From Octopus sinensis (lineage: Eukaryota), in contig NC_042997.1 in NCBI RefSeq assembly GCF_006345805.1, positions 169,384,001-169,448,000 of the forward strand: a stretch of 64,000 bases of DNA, in the 5' to 3' direction. A program made the position numbers and the translations under genes. Of the stretch, positions 49,130 to 61,639 are shown piece by piece (within the stretch, counting starts at the first letter, position 1; every line of letters begins with the position of its first letter). The notes under the pieces are model-generated. The model searched no databases. It had not been told where the DNA came from and saw nothing but the letters and a program-made list of their open reading frames with translations.

Positions 49130-50020
49130 ACTACTGTTATTTTAACTTATCATTGTCTGTATACAAAGGCCATATTCAATAAAATTGCTGATACACTAGC
49201 AAAAATTAAGACAATGGCATTGGTTGCTGATGAGGCAGTAAAAAATTATTAATTTTGCCAAACCTATATCATTGAACATGCATCTTTCATTATCCTTTGT
49301 GATGAACGTGGCCATACTGTTGTGTACTGAAATACAATGGTTGATGGCAGGAAAGACACTAGTGTCATAATTTAAATTAAAAGATGAGTTAGCAGCTTTT
49401 ATTACGTAACTTTATTTCCATTTCAAAGACCAATTAACAAAAAGTGAATGCTCAGACTTGGTTATTTCCCTAAAATCAATAGAGTTAAACTTTTATTTCA
49501 AGAGAAGCAAATAACAGTTTTAATATGCTATTGTAGTGATGCCTGGTTCTAGATGTCATTGTGGAACATTCATCCACGCATGCGTATAGATTTAGAGCTT
49601 TCTGGAGATCTGACAAAAGCCACTTATGCGCATGTGCAATCATCAGCAGCAGCTAGGCTTGACCACCCATTCATCCTCTTCAGCCCTGACTTCTGACCAG
49701 ACAGGACGCAACTTAGACCACCATTGTGATGGTGAGCGACATTGCGAGTCTGTGAAAATGCCTTCGTATTTTTGTGTCACCTACCAACCCTGCTGCTTCC
49801 ACACCAAGGTGTCCAGGCTACCGATGTCCAGAGACAAAATGTTTACTCAGGTGAAATAAATTATTATTGTTATTTGTTCGGAGAGATCTTGTCCTTGCCT
49901 TTTCCTTCCATGAACTATGTATAGAATTGTGAAGCACCCATCCAGTGCCAATCCATTTCCTACACTATAAATCCAAACCTTCAAAAGGAATTTAGAATTT
50001 TAGAAAACTTACATTCAGAA
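49130..50020 (+). pseudogene. hAT/Charlie-like transposase remnant split by a solo LTR
   Basis: Broken frames give AVK.INF.KP.SLNMHLF..LCDE...TEIQWL..GKTL...FKLKDEL and, after the LTR, KIQTFKRNLEF. Confidence 0.65.
49532..49964 (+). mobile_element. Solo LTR (Ty3/Gypsy-like), 433 bp
   Basis: TGTAG...CTACA; TSD CTAT at 49528-49531 and 49965-49968; AATAAA 49855. Confidence 0.85.
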
Positions 50021-50558
50021 TCAAGAACTTCACAGTTTTATTGTTTTTAAAGAATCCTTACTGCACTGGACAAACTGCTTAGTGGCATTTCTTCTGACTT
50101 TACGTTCTGAGTTCAAATGTTGCAGGGATCAATTTTGCCTTTCATCTTTTCTGGGTTGATAAAAGAAGTACCAGTTGAGCACTGGGTTTGGTGTAATTAA
50201 CTTACTCCCTCCCATGAAATTACTGGCCTTGTGCCAAAATTTAAAATCAATATTAAGGTAAACAACCTTTAGAGAGTTAAAACATAAGATGATTAAAATT
50301 TAAAATTTCAAAAATGCCTAAGAATGATAAATATGGAAAACAGACAGAGATGTTTTCACAAGGTCAGAGCACATCGTACCTCAATCTAAGTCAGATATTT
50401 TTCACTGAGAATACTCTATAATATTCTGTAGTTTATGCGAAGAAAAGGACAAATACTGAATGTATTGATACAAATATGATACCAGGACATTATAAGACTT
50501 TTTCACCTAGGTTGTAACTCATCAGTCAGAATGATGAAACAGTCACATGATTCCATAG

Positions 50559-50591
<33 letters not shown>

Positions 50592-50844
50592 CCATATATA
50601 TATACATACATATAAGGTAAGCTGGCAGAATTGTTAGCATGCTAGGTAAAATGCTTAGCAGCATTTTGTCCATCTGAGTTCAAATTCCACCATAACTGAC
50701 TTTGCCTTTCATTCTTATGGGATTGATAAAATAAGTACCAGTTGAACATTGGAGTCAATGTAATTGACTTACTGTCCCTCAAAATTGCTGACCTTGTGCC
50801 AAAATTGGAAATCAAAAGATAAATATACATACATATATTTGAGA

Positions 50845-51180
50845 CCACCTTTGGTCACGAAACAGACCATGGGATTGCACCTAGAAAGTTACCCTCCCAG
50901 GCACAAGTCAGGGCAAGGTTGTTTACGTAAGACCAGCAGTCGCCCATGCATACCAGTCTCCCCTCTCCATGCCACCAGTATTATCCAAGGGAAGGCAAAG
51001 GCTGATACAGCTTGGCACCTGTGATGTCGCAACTCATTTCTACAGCTGAGTGAACTGGAGCAACGTGAAATAAAGTGTCTTGCTCAAGAACACAACATGC
51101 AGCTCAGTCCGGGATTCAAGCTCACAACCTCATGATCATAAGCTCGACGCTCTAACCACTGAGCCATGCACCTTCACTAT
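50845..51180 (-). mobile_element. tRNA-derived SINE with GTGTTCTTGAGCAAGACACTT core (Meta/V-SINE-like)
   Basis: Minus strand has A box TGGCTCAGTGG, degenerate B box and core; related copy at 60890-61146 (minus). Confidence 0.8.
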
Positions 51181-52491
51181 ATACATATATGAATATAAAA
51201 CTTACTTGTTAATACAAATTTGGTGTGTTGTGTTCTATTACTTGATAAATGAAAAATGTATAAACAAACGACATAACCTATACTGAATGTAAAAATAAAT
51301 GGGAGACAAACAGGTCTGTAATTCTTCATCAGTTATCCACCCAGTGATACTGTTCAGTTTCACACCTTTAATGGTAAGATTGAGTGCTTCCCAATTGGTA
51401 GCGTCTGCAAAAAATTTTTTTCTTGTGGAGAATTAGGGACAAGAGCAAACAAAACAAAATAAAACAAGTAAAACAACACAGAGTGTGATTTAGGACAGGG
51501 GACAAGGATGAAAAGTCAAACAAAATATGGCCTTGGGGACCAAGGAGACAAGAATAGTGGGTAACACTTAGAAAATGTCTTGAAGGATGGAGAATGGAGA
51601 GACAGAGAATTTGTGGACTGGTCAGTGAAGGAATGTGTAAGAAAGGAAGAAAAAGGAAAACTGGCCATTGGTCATGTGACAGCAGCAGGCAGAGGAGAAA
51701 GACAACAGGGAGAGGGAGCGACAGAGTAAAAAAGGAAGGGGATGAAGGGGAGAGAGAGAGGCTAGGAAAAAAGAGAGAGAGAAAAGGAGAAGTAGAAAGG
51801 CTAGGATAACATGATAGCATTCTGTACATTATAATGATTAATTTTATTTTAGCATATGCAGAAATGCATCACATAAACAAATAGATGAAAATGGTAGAAA
51901 TAATTTAGCAAGCTTCCAGTACACCAAAATTCAGGAAGTGCCAGCTTTTAAAAACTGTACAATCTAAAATGATGTCAATAAATTTTTCATTTGCTACTGC
52001 ATTTAAATCCACTGATCTTTTGTGCATATGGAATCACTTTCTAATCAAAGCTCCATGTTGTAACATGATGCTTTGATTATTTGGATTATTTGAAAAGTAT
52101 TTACTTACTAAATTATAAAAAAATCTTCCAAACATTGATGCACTTCATTCAAAAAAGGTTGAAAGTCCATTCACATTAAAATCATCACCTAGTTCATTGG
52201 AAATGTCTTAGAAAGTAAGAAAACTGGTTTTGCATGCAAGTTTTCCAAAATCTAATTTCCTTTTGAAGGCTTGGATTGATAGCAAAAATGAAAAATTGTT
52301 ATTTGCTTCCTTTGAAATAAAAATTCATTCATTTTGGAAAAAAAACATCAACCAAATGACGAAGTTTAATCAATCACTTTTTGTTAATTGGTTTTTGAAA
52401 TGGAAAATATGTTACATAAGAAAACCTGCTTAATTTGTCTTTTTATTCAAACAATCATACTAGTGCCATTCCAGAAGTCAAATATTGTAGG

Positions 52492-52855
52492 CACAGGCAT
52501 GGCTGTGGGGTAAGAAATTTGCTTCCCAACAACATGGTTCAGGATCAGCCCCACAGCATGGCACCTTGGGCAAGTGTTTTCTACTATTGCTTTGGTCTAA
52601 CCAAAGCCTTGAGAGGAAGCTCATTGTGTGTGTGTGTGTGTGTGCGTGCGTGCGTGTGTGTGTGTGTCCTTTCACTGCTTGACAACTGGTGTTGGTGTTT
52701 ACTTTCCCTTAACTTAAAGTTTTGGTAAAAGAGTCGATAGAATAAGAACCAGGCTTTAAAAAATTTAAGTACAGGTGTCAATTCATTTAACAATAAATTC
52801 TTCAAGGTGGTGTCCCAGCATAGCTGCAGTCTAATGATTGAAACAAGTAAAATAT
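52492..52855 (+). mobile_element. SINE family A, full-length degraded copy
   Basis: CACAGGCATGGCTGTGGGGTAAG head, core and tail. Confidence 0.8.
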
Positions 52856-52979
52856 TGTATTTCAGAATACAGCAGAAGGATTTTGTGGTTACTTATCATT
52901 TCATCATAAAGTATATTGGGTGATAAAATATATGCTCAATGATATAGATTTGATAAAATTAATAATCTTTACATCATCA

Positions 52980-53290
52980 GCAGCCAATGTCAGTATCATA
53001 ATCTTCATAGACTACATTTCTACTGCATAAGATGCATAGAAGGTGCTTGTAAAGACATGAAAATGACATACATAGGGGAGACATCTAATAGCATTGCAGA
53101 AAGACTAAATGAACATATGAGACAATATGATGACAAAAAGCAGTCCCCCAGTCTCTACCAACATGCCAAGGGTCAACATGGAGGCAACCTGGGTCAACTT
53201 GACATCCACATTTATCCAAGCACCCAAAGGACCCAACCCTCAGATGTGTATGGAGATACACATCCATACATACAGACACAGTACATAGTC
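52980..53290 (+). pseudogene. GIY-YIG endonuclease remnant (Penelope-like)
   Basis: CIRCIEGACKDMKMTYIGETSNSIAERLNEH...SLYQH fits C..C-YIGET..RL.EH; the ORF runs on into microsatellite. Confidence 0.7.
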
Positions 53291-53299
53291 ACAAAAACC

Positions 53300-53690
53300 C
53301 ATACACACACACACTCAGACATGCACAAACACGGAGACAGAGGTACACACACACACACATGCAAGCACACATATGCACACATAAAAACACACAAACACAC
53401 AAACATGAATATGCAGAATACATGCATACAAATGCACACATATAATACATATATACATATGCACACACACATACATATATGCATACAGATACTTGCATGC
53501 ATGCATACATACATAAATACATACATACATGCATACATACATACATGCATACATGCATACATACATACATGCATACATACATACATACATACATACATAC
53601 ATACATACATACATACATACATACATACATACATACATACATACATGCATGCATACATACATGTGTATGCACACACACACTGACCCACAC
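53300..53690. repeat. (CA)n/(CATA)n microsatellite
   Basis: Visible directly. Confidence 0.95.
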
Positions 53691-54750
53691 ACATGTGCAC
53701 AAACAAAAAGAATGCAGCTTGAATAACGGGCAGAGTCAACAACTATTGAAAAGGTTGCAAGATGCAATGAAAATTTTAGAAAAATAAATAAGAAAATGAG
53801 TGGGAATTTTACTGGTGAGTGTGTTAAATTATAAGGCACTAAAATAAATGTCTCTCCCCAGACACAACAAAACTTATTTTCCTTTCCTTTTATCAACTAG
53901 ATGAATGATCTCAAAATTATGTCAGCACTTAATTTGTCCAATAGTACTATTTGATATTTTGTGGCATAATACATGTAGGGTGTAATAGCCTATAAGGAAA
54001 CCAGGTTAACTAACACTGGGAGATTTGCCATGAATTAACTTAAGCACTAAATTTGTGATTTTTTTTTTTTTGAACAATACACAATAAGGTGAATTATTTA
54101 GAAGGGAATTATATTTCATCATAGTATTTGTGTTTTGTTAAGAACTTCATTTGGTTTCTTTGGACTAGAGTTAGTTGCTGTCTGCTTTGAAGAAATATTC
54201 TTTGAATTTGACAAAATAGTTTCAACTCTAGCGTGAATTTAATTGTCACAAATTGGAACCATTCTACAGTATTTTTCTTTTAAAGTTAACAATCCATCCT
54301 TGAAATTAAAAGAAAAATACTGAAAGAAAAGAAAACTATATAGAAAGCAATGCAATAAAATAGTTTAAAACTGTAGAGTATTGAAGATGTAAAAATTAAA
54401 TTAATCATCAAAATTTATGTTGAGCTTTTAAGTATTTTTTAAAAATTAAGCAATAAATTTGAAAAATCATCAGTTAAATTAACTTTTTAAACAATAAAAT
54501 GATTGAAGTCGTAAATCAATAACTAAAATGATAAAACGAATGTTTGATAATATATTTGAAAAAAAATGATTATTTAAAAGTAAAATTGGATGAAGTATGG
54601 CTGTATGATCATGAAGTTTGCTTCCTAATCATGTGGTTTTTGGGCTCAGTTTCACTGTGTGATACCTTAAGTATGAGCTTTCTGCTAAAGCTCCAAGCCA
54701 GCCAAAGCCTTGTGGGCATACTTGATAGTCTCAAACTGAAAAATGACCAT

Positions 54751-54783
<33 letters not shown>

Positions 54784-54871
54784 CATGAAAATGTGTGTGT
54801 GTTTCTGTCTCTTTGTCTTGACATCATGTGATTATTGGGAAGGGCATCCAGTCATAGAAACCTTGCCAAAG

Positions 54872-55482
54872 GTTTCTATGAAGGCGGTGAGCTGGCAGAA
54901 ATGTTAGCACGCCAGGCGAAATGCTTAGCGGTATTTCGTTTGCCGCTACGTTCTGAGTTCAAATTCCGCCGAGGTCGACTTTGCGTTTCATCCTTTCAGG
55001 GTCGATTAAATAAGTACCAGTTCCGCACTGGGGTCGATATAATTGACTTAATTCATTTGTCTGTCTTTGTTTGTCCCCTCTGTGTGTAGCCCCTTGTGGG
55101 TAGTAAAAAAAATAGGTATTTCGTTTGCCGCTACGTTCTGAGTTCAAATTCCGCCGAGGTCGACTTTGCCTTTCATCCTTTCAGAGTCGATTAAATAAGT
55201 ACCAGTTCCGCACTGGGGTTGATATAATTGACTTAATTCATTTGTCTGTCTTTGTTTGTCCCCTCTGTGTGTAGCCCCTTGTGGGTAGTAAAAAAATAGG
55301 TATTTCGTTTGCCGCTACGTTCTGAGTTCAAATTCCGCCGAGGTCGACTTTGCCTTTCATCCTTTCAGGGTCGATTAAATAAGTACCAGTTCCGCACTGG
55401 GGTCGATATAATTGACTTAATCCGTTTGTCTGTCCTTGTTTGTCCCCTCTGTGTGTAGCCCCTTGTGGGCAGTAAAGAAATA
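54872..55482 (+). mobile_element. Young family B SINE: one head plus three tandem 184-185-bp body units, 16-bp TSD
   Basis: Units start at 54931, 55116 and 55300; TSD AGAAACCTTGCCAAAG at 54856-54871 and 55483-55498. Confidence 0.92.
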
Positions 55483-56629
55483 AGAAACCTTGCCAAAGTA
55501 AACATTGGAGTTCAATGCATTCCTCTGCCTTATCAGATACTGTTGAACCACTCAACCCATACCAGCATGGAATACAGACATTATATGACGACGACGATGA
55601 CGATGATGATGATGATGATAACGATGATGATAACAACGATGACAATAATGACAACAATGACAACAGTTATGATAATGACAATGATTTTTGAACTTTAAGG
55701 AATTCATACAAACTGATGAGAATGAACAATGAGGATGAAATGAATGGCATTAAAAATTCTGGCTTATCACATTCTCCTTCGCTTCATCATTGATGCGCTC
55801 ATATTTTTTCACACCCATTCAATTGACAAAAATATCTGAGTTAAACTTTCACAACATCACTGCATTTATATCTGGTCAGCAATGTCAAAATTAATGCTAC
55901 AAGTCCTCTATCTCCAAGCAAACTAAAAATTTTAATTTAATGATATATCAGTCTTAAAATCTCCCTCAGCCTGTACATCTTTAAACACAGAAATGACTCG
56001 TCTCTTTTCTACCTTTCTACCTCTTTCTCTCTTTCTTTCACACAATCAAATCATTTACCTACACATATATAAGTATATAAGCAAATATTAACAGAAAATA
56101 CTTTCTTCAATTATCTAAATTGAAAACATTATTTTTAAAGCAATAGACATTTTGGTTTAAATATATGTTTTACGAAACATCAATGTTTGCCTCAATAATT
56201 AAAATGAAAATTTTGTTTTATATATCATTCTGTAAAGTATCAGTATTATTTAAATTTTGTCTTTTCATCTAATCGTAAGATATTGATTTTTAACATTAGC
56301 ACCAGACCACAGATTCGCAAGGAGGGTAAAATATTAAAATAATCTTTAATGCTTTTAATTTACTCTCAGCAAAACAATGAAAAGAAAAATTTTTTTAATT
56401 CCCTATAGCTAAACCACAGTAGTTTTTCACAACCACTGCCATATATGTGTTCTTTTATGGTGCCGGTATGGCTGTATGGTTAAGAAGTTTGCTTTGCAAT
56501 CACATGGTTTTGGATTTAGTTCCATCATGCAGCACCTTGGGCAAGGGCCTTCTACTATATCCCTGGACCAATAACTACTTTGTGAATGAATGTGATAGAC
56601 AGAAACACTATGGAAGCCCAATGTATATA

Positions 56630-57000
56630 TACAGGGTGTTCAGGCTAAATTTTATGTTTATTGTATCTCCTTTTTTTTTAGGAACAGCTTGATTATTGGT
56701 GTTGAAGAGCATAATGATTAAAGTTATGGTTGAGAAAAGGTTAGCTGATATGGAGGACTGAAAGCCATCTGAATATTGGAAAAGAGTTACTTGTACCATG
56801 ATGATTTGCACTGGCAATCAAAGTGCTGAAATCATGACAGCTGCTCAATGCCCAGTTAACATTGTAAGTACTGTAAAGTGTAACATGGACTTCATGAAAA
56901 CCAAGTTCCCTCAGTTTGTGATAGTCACCAGATGTGTCTCCAAACAGTAATGTTCCACATCATTGAACAGGGCCTTAGGCTCAATTCAGCCAGCTTTGTG
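56630..57000 (+). mobile_element. Possible Tc1/mariner-type left end and HTH remnant
   Basis: TA-CAGGGTGTTCAGGCTAAA terminus; MICTGNQSAEIMTAAQCPVNIVSTVK; no right TIR found. Confidence 0.35.
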
Positions 57001-57644
57001 AATCTGCTAGAGACTGTGGTCAAACCCTGACTAGACTGAAGGTAGACTGAATCGATCATTTATCACTACTACCTTTAGCCGAGTCTGCTCAGTTGCTAGC
57101 ATTCAGGCCAGGTCGCCAATTTAAGGATACCACCCCATCTTTCAGTCACTAGCCTCAAAGAGGCCTTGTGAAAGATTATGAACAGTGTTTTTCCTTCTGA
57201 CTAAAAGATAAATCAAAAATACATTCTTTGGTTATATGTCTACTCATTCTGGGTTATCCTGAAGCTAAAAAATAACTTGAATTTCCCAAGCTGAAAACCA
57301 GCATTATGCATTTTAAGAAATATCATATATTCTAAATTAATGGAGGATGAGATTTTTTTAAACTAAATATTATATGAAATTGAGCTAAGCATTAAATCTT
57401 CAGAAAAAGTAATTTTGTAACATCTAAGAACAAACATACACATATCTATTTTATAAACTGATCACAAATGTAAATTTAAGCTATCAACATATCTACAGTA
57501 AATACTGTCAATATTTGTAAATTGCTAAATAAATATTTTGACATTTGAATTTTGAGTCAAGTTTAATTTGTAGGTTATTTCTTATTAAACATAACTAGTC
57601 GTGGAAATTTTTGATACCACCTCATATATATATATATATATATA

Positions 57645-58436
57645 AATCAAATCAAATCAAAATAGACAAAATAGATGAACATCAATGGAATTTGTATCTT
57701 GTGGTACCAGTGCCTGTGGCACACAAGAAATCCATCAGTGCTGTAGTCAGTGCGGTGGGCACATGACAAACACCATCCGATCGTGGCCGTTCGCCAGCCT
57801 CATCTAGCACCTGTGTCGGTGGCACATAAAAACACCATCCGAAGACCCGGCAAGACTAGTCAGGCCATAACCCATGGCCCCTACCTGGGACGTAGTCAGT
57901 CCACCTGTGCATACCTTCCTTCTTGTGACACTTGTGAAGACCTGTTGAGGCAAGTGAAAATCAAAACAAATCAAAATAGATGAACATCAATGGAATTTGT
58001 ATCTTTGTGGTACCAGTGCCGGTGGCACATGGCACACAAGAAAACCATCCGAACGTGGCCGTAGCCAGTACCGCATCGACTGGCCTCCGTGCTGTGGGCA
58101 CGTAACAAGCACCATCCGATCGTGGCCATTTGCCAGCCTCATCTGGCACCTGTGTCGGTGGCACATAAAAACACCATCCGAGCGTGGCCGTCTGCCAGCC
58201 TCGTCTGGCACCTGTGTCGGTGACACATAAAAAACACCATCCGAGCGTGGCCGTTTGCCAGCCTCGTCTGGCACCTGTGTCGGTGGCACATAAAATCACC
58301 CACTACACTCTCGGAGTGGTTGGCGTTAGGAAGGGCATCCAGCTGTAGAAACACTGACTGGACTGGTGCAGCTTTCGGGCTCCCCAGACCCCAGTTGAAC
58401 CGTCCAACCCATGCTAGCATGGAAAGCGGACGTTAA

Positions 58437-58470
<34 letters not shown>
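57645..58470 (+). mobile_element. RTE 3' end with internal re-duplication and ~62-bp minisatellite expansion
   Basis: AAATAGATGAACATCAATGGAATTTG near 57668 and 57973; ACCATCCG units at ~57774, 57834, 58045, 58111, 58172 and 58236; (GAT)n end. Confidence 0.85.
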
Positions 58471-58471
<1 letters not shown>

Positions 58472-58489
58472 ATATATACATATATATAT

Positions 58490-58690
58490 ATAAAGTTAAT
58501 CCAAACATGGAAACACAAAGAGAAAACACAACAATGCGAGGACAATGAACAAGTATAGTGCTATTGGACGCTCAGGAAAGAAAGAAGGAGGATTGAGTGG
58601 AGCTCTATCAGAAACATAGAAAAAGAAAAGATCTAAGGAAGGGAAGACGGAGGAAAAAAAATCGCCAACGTTACACACACGGTCACATAT
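58490..58690 (-). mobile_element. Probable Penelope-type pLTR fragment with the hammerhead region deleted
   Basis: Architecture like 41925/43790; residual CTGATA-GAGCTCCACTC on the minus strand. Confidence 0.35.
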
Positions 58691-58713
58691 TGAAAGGGAC
58701 ACACATATATATA

Positions 58714-59559
58714 TCTATATATATAAAACTCAACTTGTGAGTCTGTGTGTGTATCTGTGTGTGTGTGTCTGTGTGTCTGTGTGTTTAACTTCCCAGCACA
58801 TCTCCTCCTAGCCAACAAATCGTAGAACCACCAAAAATGGGTCACTTAAAGTTTAGGCAAATGAAAATTGAACTGCGCTATTTCTGTTCTGAAATTCATC
58901 TCGCAAGTGCAAAAATCGATAATGTGTTTGTTTAGGCCTTATCCCATGCATTGAATAGGGAACTTTATTCAGTCAGCAGTTTGACGTGAACTGTGTTCAC
59001 CACGCGTGCAAGCATGCATAAATTGCATGAAAAATAAAAAATCAAGATATAAAAACGAATCGCCGTAAACATTGTAGAAATTCGGCAAAGAAATGAATTT
59101 TTGTGATGTAGCCTGGAGGGTTTTTTCGTATTAATCGTTTGGACTTTGTGAACACATACCAATTGTTTTCATAACATTTTTAACGCTTTGAATTAAATGT
59201 GACCATTTTGCGTTGAGTCTGCAGTTTGAATCACTTTAACCAAATTTTAGCAGGCCAGATTTTTGATCATCATGATACATCGCCAGCGACTCCCTGAAAC
59301 TCTCCTCTGAAATCCCCATTGAGAAATACTGATCTAAAAGAATAATTCAACAATGCAATTATTTGATCAACAAAAATTTATGAAATGCTTCTACGTACTT
59401 CCTATTGAGGAAATGGAACACATAAGCGCAAAAATAGAGGGCATTAAATGCTTGATTTTAAAACCAAAATAATTGAATTTTGATTGAACTTCATCCAAGT
59501 TTAGCTTAATTCGCGTGTGCATAGAACACACGAGCGCACGAGCCGGGCAATACTGCTAG
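58714..59559 (+). mobile_element. Non-autonomous Helitron, 846 bp
   Basis: A|TCTATATATATAAAAC...GCGCACGAGCCGGGCAATACTG-CTAG|T; the 3' end resembles that of the 10291 element. Confidence 0.75.
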
Positions 59560-59700
59560 TATATATATATGATAGAAACAGGTTTTAAAGAAGAGAGACT
59601 CCATGTGCTATAAAAAGGAGAAAAGTAAAAAGAAACAAAGAAAATACATGCTAGGTATAAAAGTAATGTTTTTCTTTTTATAAGAACAAAGATATTTACA

Positions 59701-59932
59701 TACAAATAAATGATCTGAGGTGAAATTAAGAAGTATAAAAATCATTATAATGAGTCAACATAGAAAGTCATACTAGTTTCGTCATCACTGATCACTGTTC
59801 ACTAACTTTGAATCAACATCCTGTTGATTCAAAGTCAGTGAACAGCAATGCCGAAGCCGGTATGACTTTCTATATTGACTCATTATAATGATTTTTATAC
59901 TTCTTAATTTCACCTCAAATCATTTATTTGTA
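59701..59932. repeat. Long palindrome with ~111-118-bp arms and 3-nt loop, containing a degenerate hammerhead-like motif
   Basis: 59701-59818 is complementary to 59822-59932 except for one diverged internal patch; abuts (TA)n. Confidence 0.92.
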
Positions 59933-60374
59933 TATATATATATATATATATATCTTTGTTTTTATTTAAAAAATACCCATTGCTTTTATACCTAGCATGT
60001 ATTTTCTTTGTTTCTTTTTACTTTTCCCCGATATGTGTGTGTGTGTGCACGTGCGCACGTGTGCATGCATGTGTGTGTGAGTTTAGAGGGATGTATTATC
60101 TGAGCAGATACTATGGTAGCTCTGTTATGTTCCAGGTTATGACTTACCATATTGATTAATATTTAACATCCATGACTACTAGGAATTGTCACTCATGCTG
60201 TAAATTCCACCGATGGGTAATTCTGCTTCACTGGATAGTAATATTATCTGGAGTGTATATTAACGATAATTATGACAACAATAGAGAATATGGAGACTGG
60301 TACATCATCAAAATTTATTTCCTTGTATTTTACAATGTCATACAGCATATTTTTATGGTTATGGAGCCCTACAT

Positions 60375-60395
60375 AGTAGTAGTAGTATGTTGCTA

Positions 60396-60441
<46 letters not shown>

Positions 60442-60509
60442 GGTGGTGGTGGTGGTGGTGGTGGTGGTGAGTAGTAGTAGTAGTGGTGGTGGTGGTGGTG
60501 GTGGTGGTG

Positions 60510-60545
<36 letters not shown>

Positions 60546-60575
60546 GTAATGGTGGTGGTGGTAGTGGTGGTAGTT

Positions 60576-60640
<65 letters not shown>
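60375..60640. repeat. (TAG)n/(TGG)n triplet tract
   Basis: Visible directly. Confidence 0.95.
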
Positions 60641-61639
60641 TTTAGAGTCAGAGAAGAGATGGCATGTCTGAAATAATGGGCAAAGCACATTAGTATATGA
60701 GTTCTTATCAATTAGCAGAATAGTTAAAGTGTGTAGTAACGGAATGTCTCAGATATGTGAGTTGTTCTACAGTAGATTGAGATTTATTTAAAGTTTAAAG
60801 AGGGATTTAGTGACTGATCAGAAGTGATGTGTAACCAGTCATCACTCATGAATGAGTATGGCTTGATAATATGTACCAGGCTTACACTAATTGTTTTTTG
60901 GTAATTATGGAGTCACAAGTAGATACACACAACCTCTTGGTCCCCTCATGTTTGACCAAGAGGAATATCTAGAGGAGGAGAGAGCTGTACCAGTATTTGG
61001 CTGATACTCATTACAGCTGAGTAGACTGGAACAACATGAAATGAAGTACCTTGCTCAAGGACAACCTGCTTCTCAGTTCAGAAATTGAACCTATGGACTT
61101 ACAGTTATGAGCTAAACATCCTAACCAGTAGGCTGCATACCTTCACAACTGGTCAGAACTGAAATATTTTCTGACCACAAAGAAAAATATTATTCTTCAG
61201 GATGAAGATTTGGCAATATTGTATCAATATAAAGGCCATGCTATACAAATGATGACATTGAAATAAATATACAAAGTAAAGGTTAGAAACCAACATTACA
61301 TTCGTGTGAGCAATAAAATTTGTAAAAACATTTTAATTAAAACAGTTTGGTGTAATTTGTTTTATATAAAATAACTATTTCATTGAAAAGACTGATAAAT
61401 TTGAAAAGGTCAAATCGTTGAAACCAACGGCTTTAAATCAAAAGTTATGAAAACACATCATTTCCCCTTCCTTTTCTTGTTTGCAATGAAAAATGTTGGA
61501 GATAAACAAGAATTCTCATCATAATGTTTATTTCACCTATGTTATGTAAAAGATATTAATTTATAAATGTAGTCACTGAGATGCTGAATATATTTAGCAT
61601 GGTCACTGAGATGCTGAAAATATCTGGCAAAGCTGGGTT

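Noticed and set aside
54931-55482. 185-bp tandem read as a retrozyme or CRISPR array
   Set aside because: No CUGANGA/GAAA core and no unique spacers; the units are SINE bodies with a B box.
57700-58300. ~62-bp repeats read as a CRISPR array
   Set aside because: Head-to-tail units without unique spacers, inside a LINE 3' UTR, in eukaryotic DNA with no cas genes.
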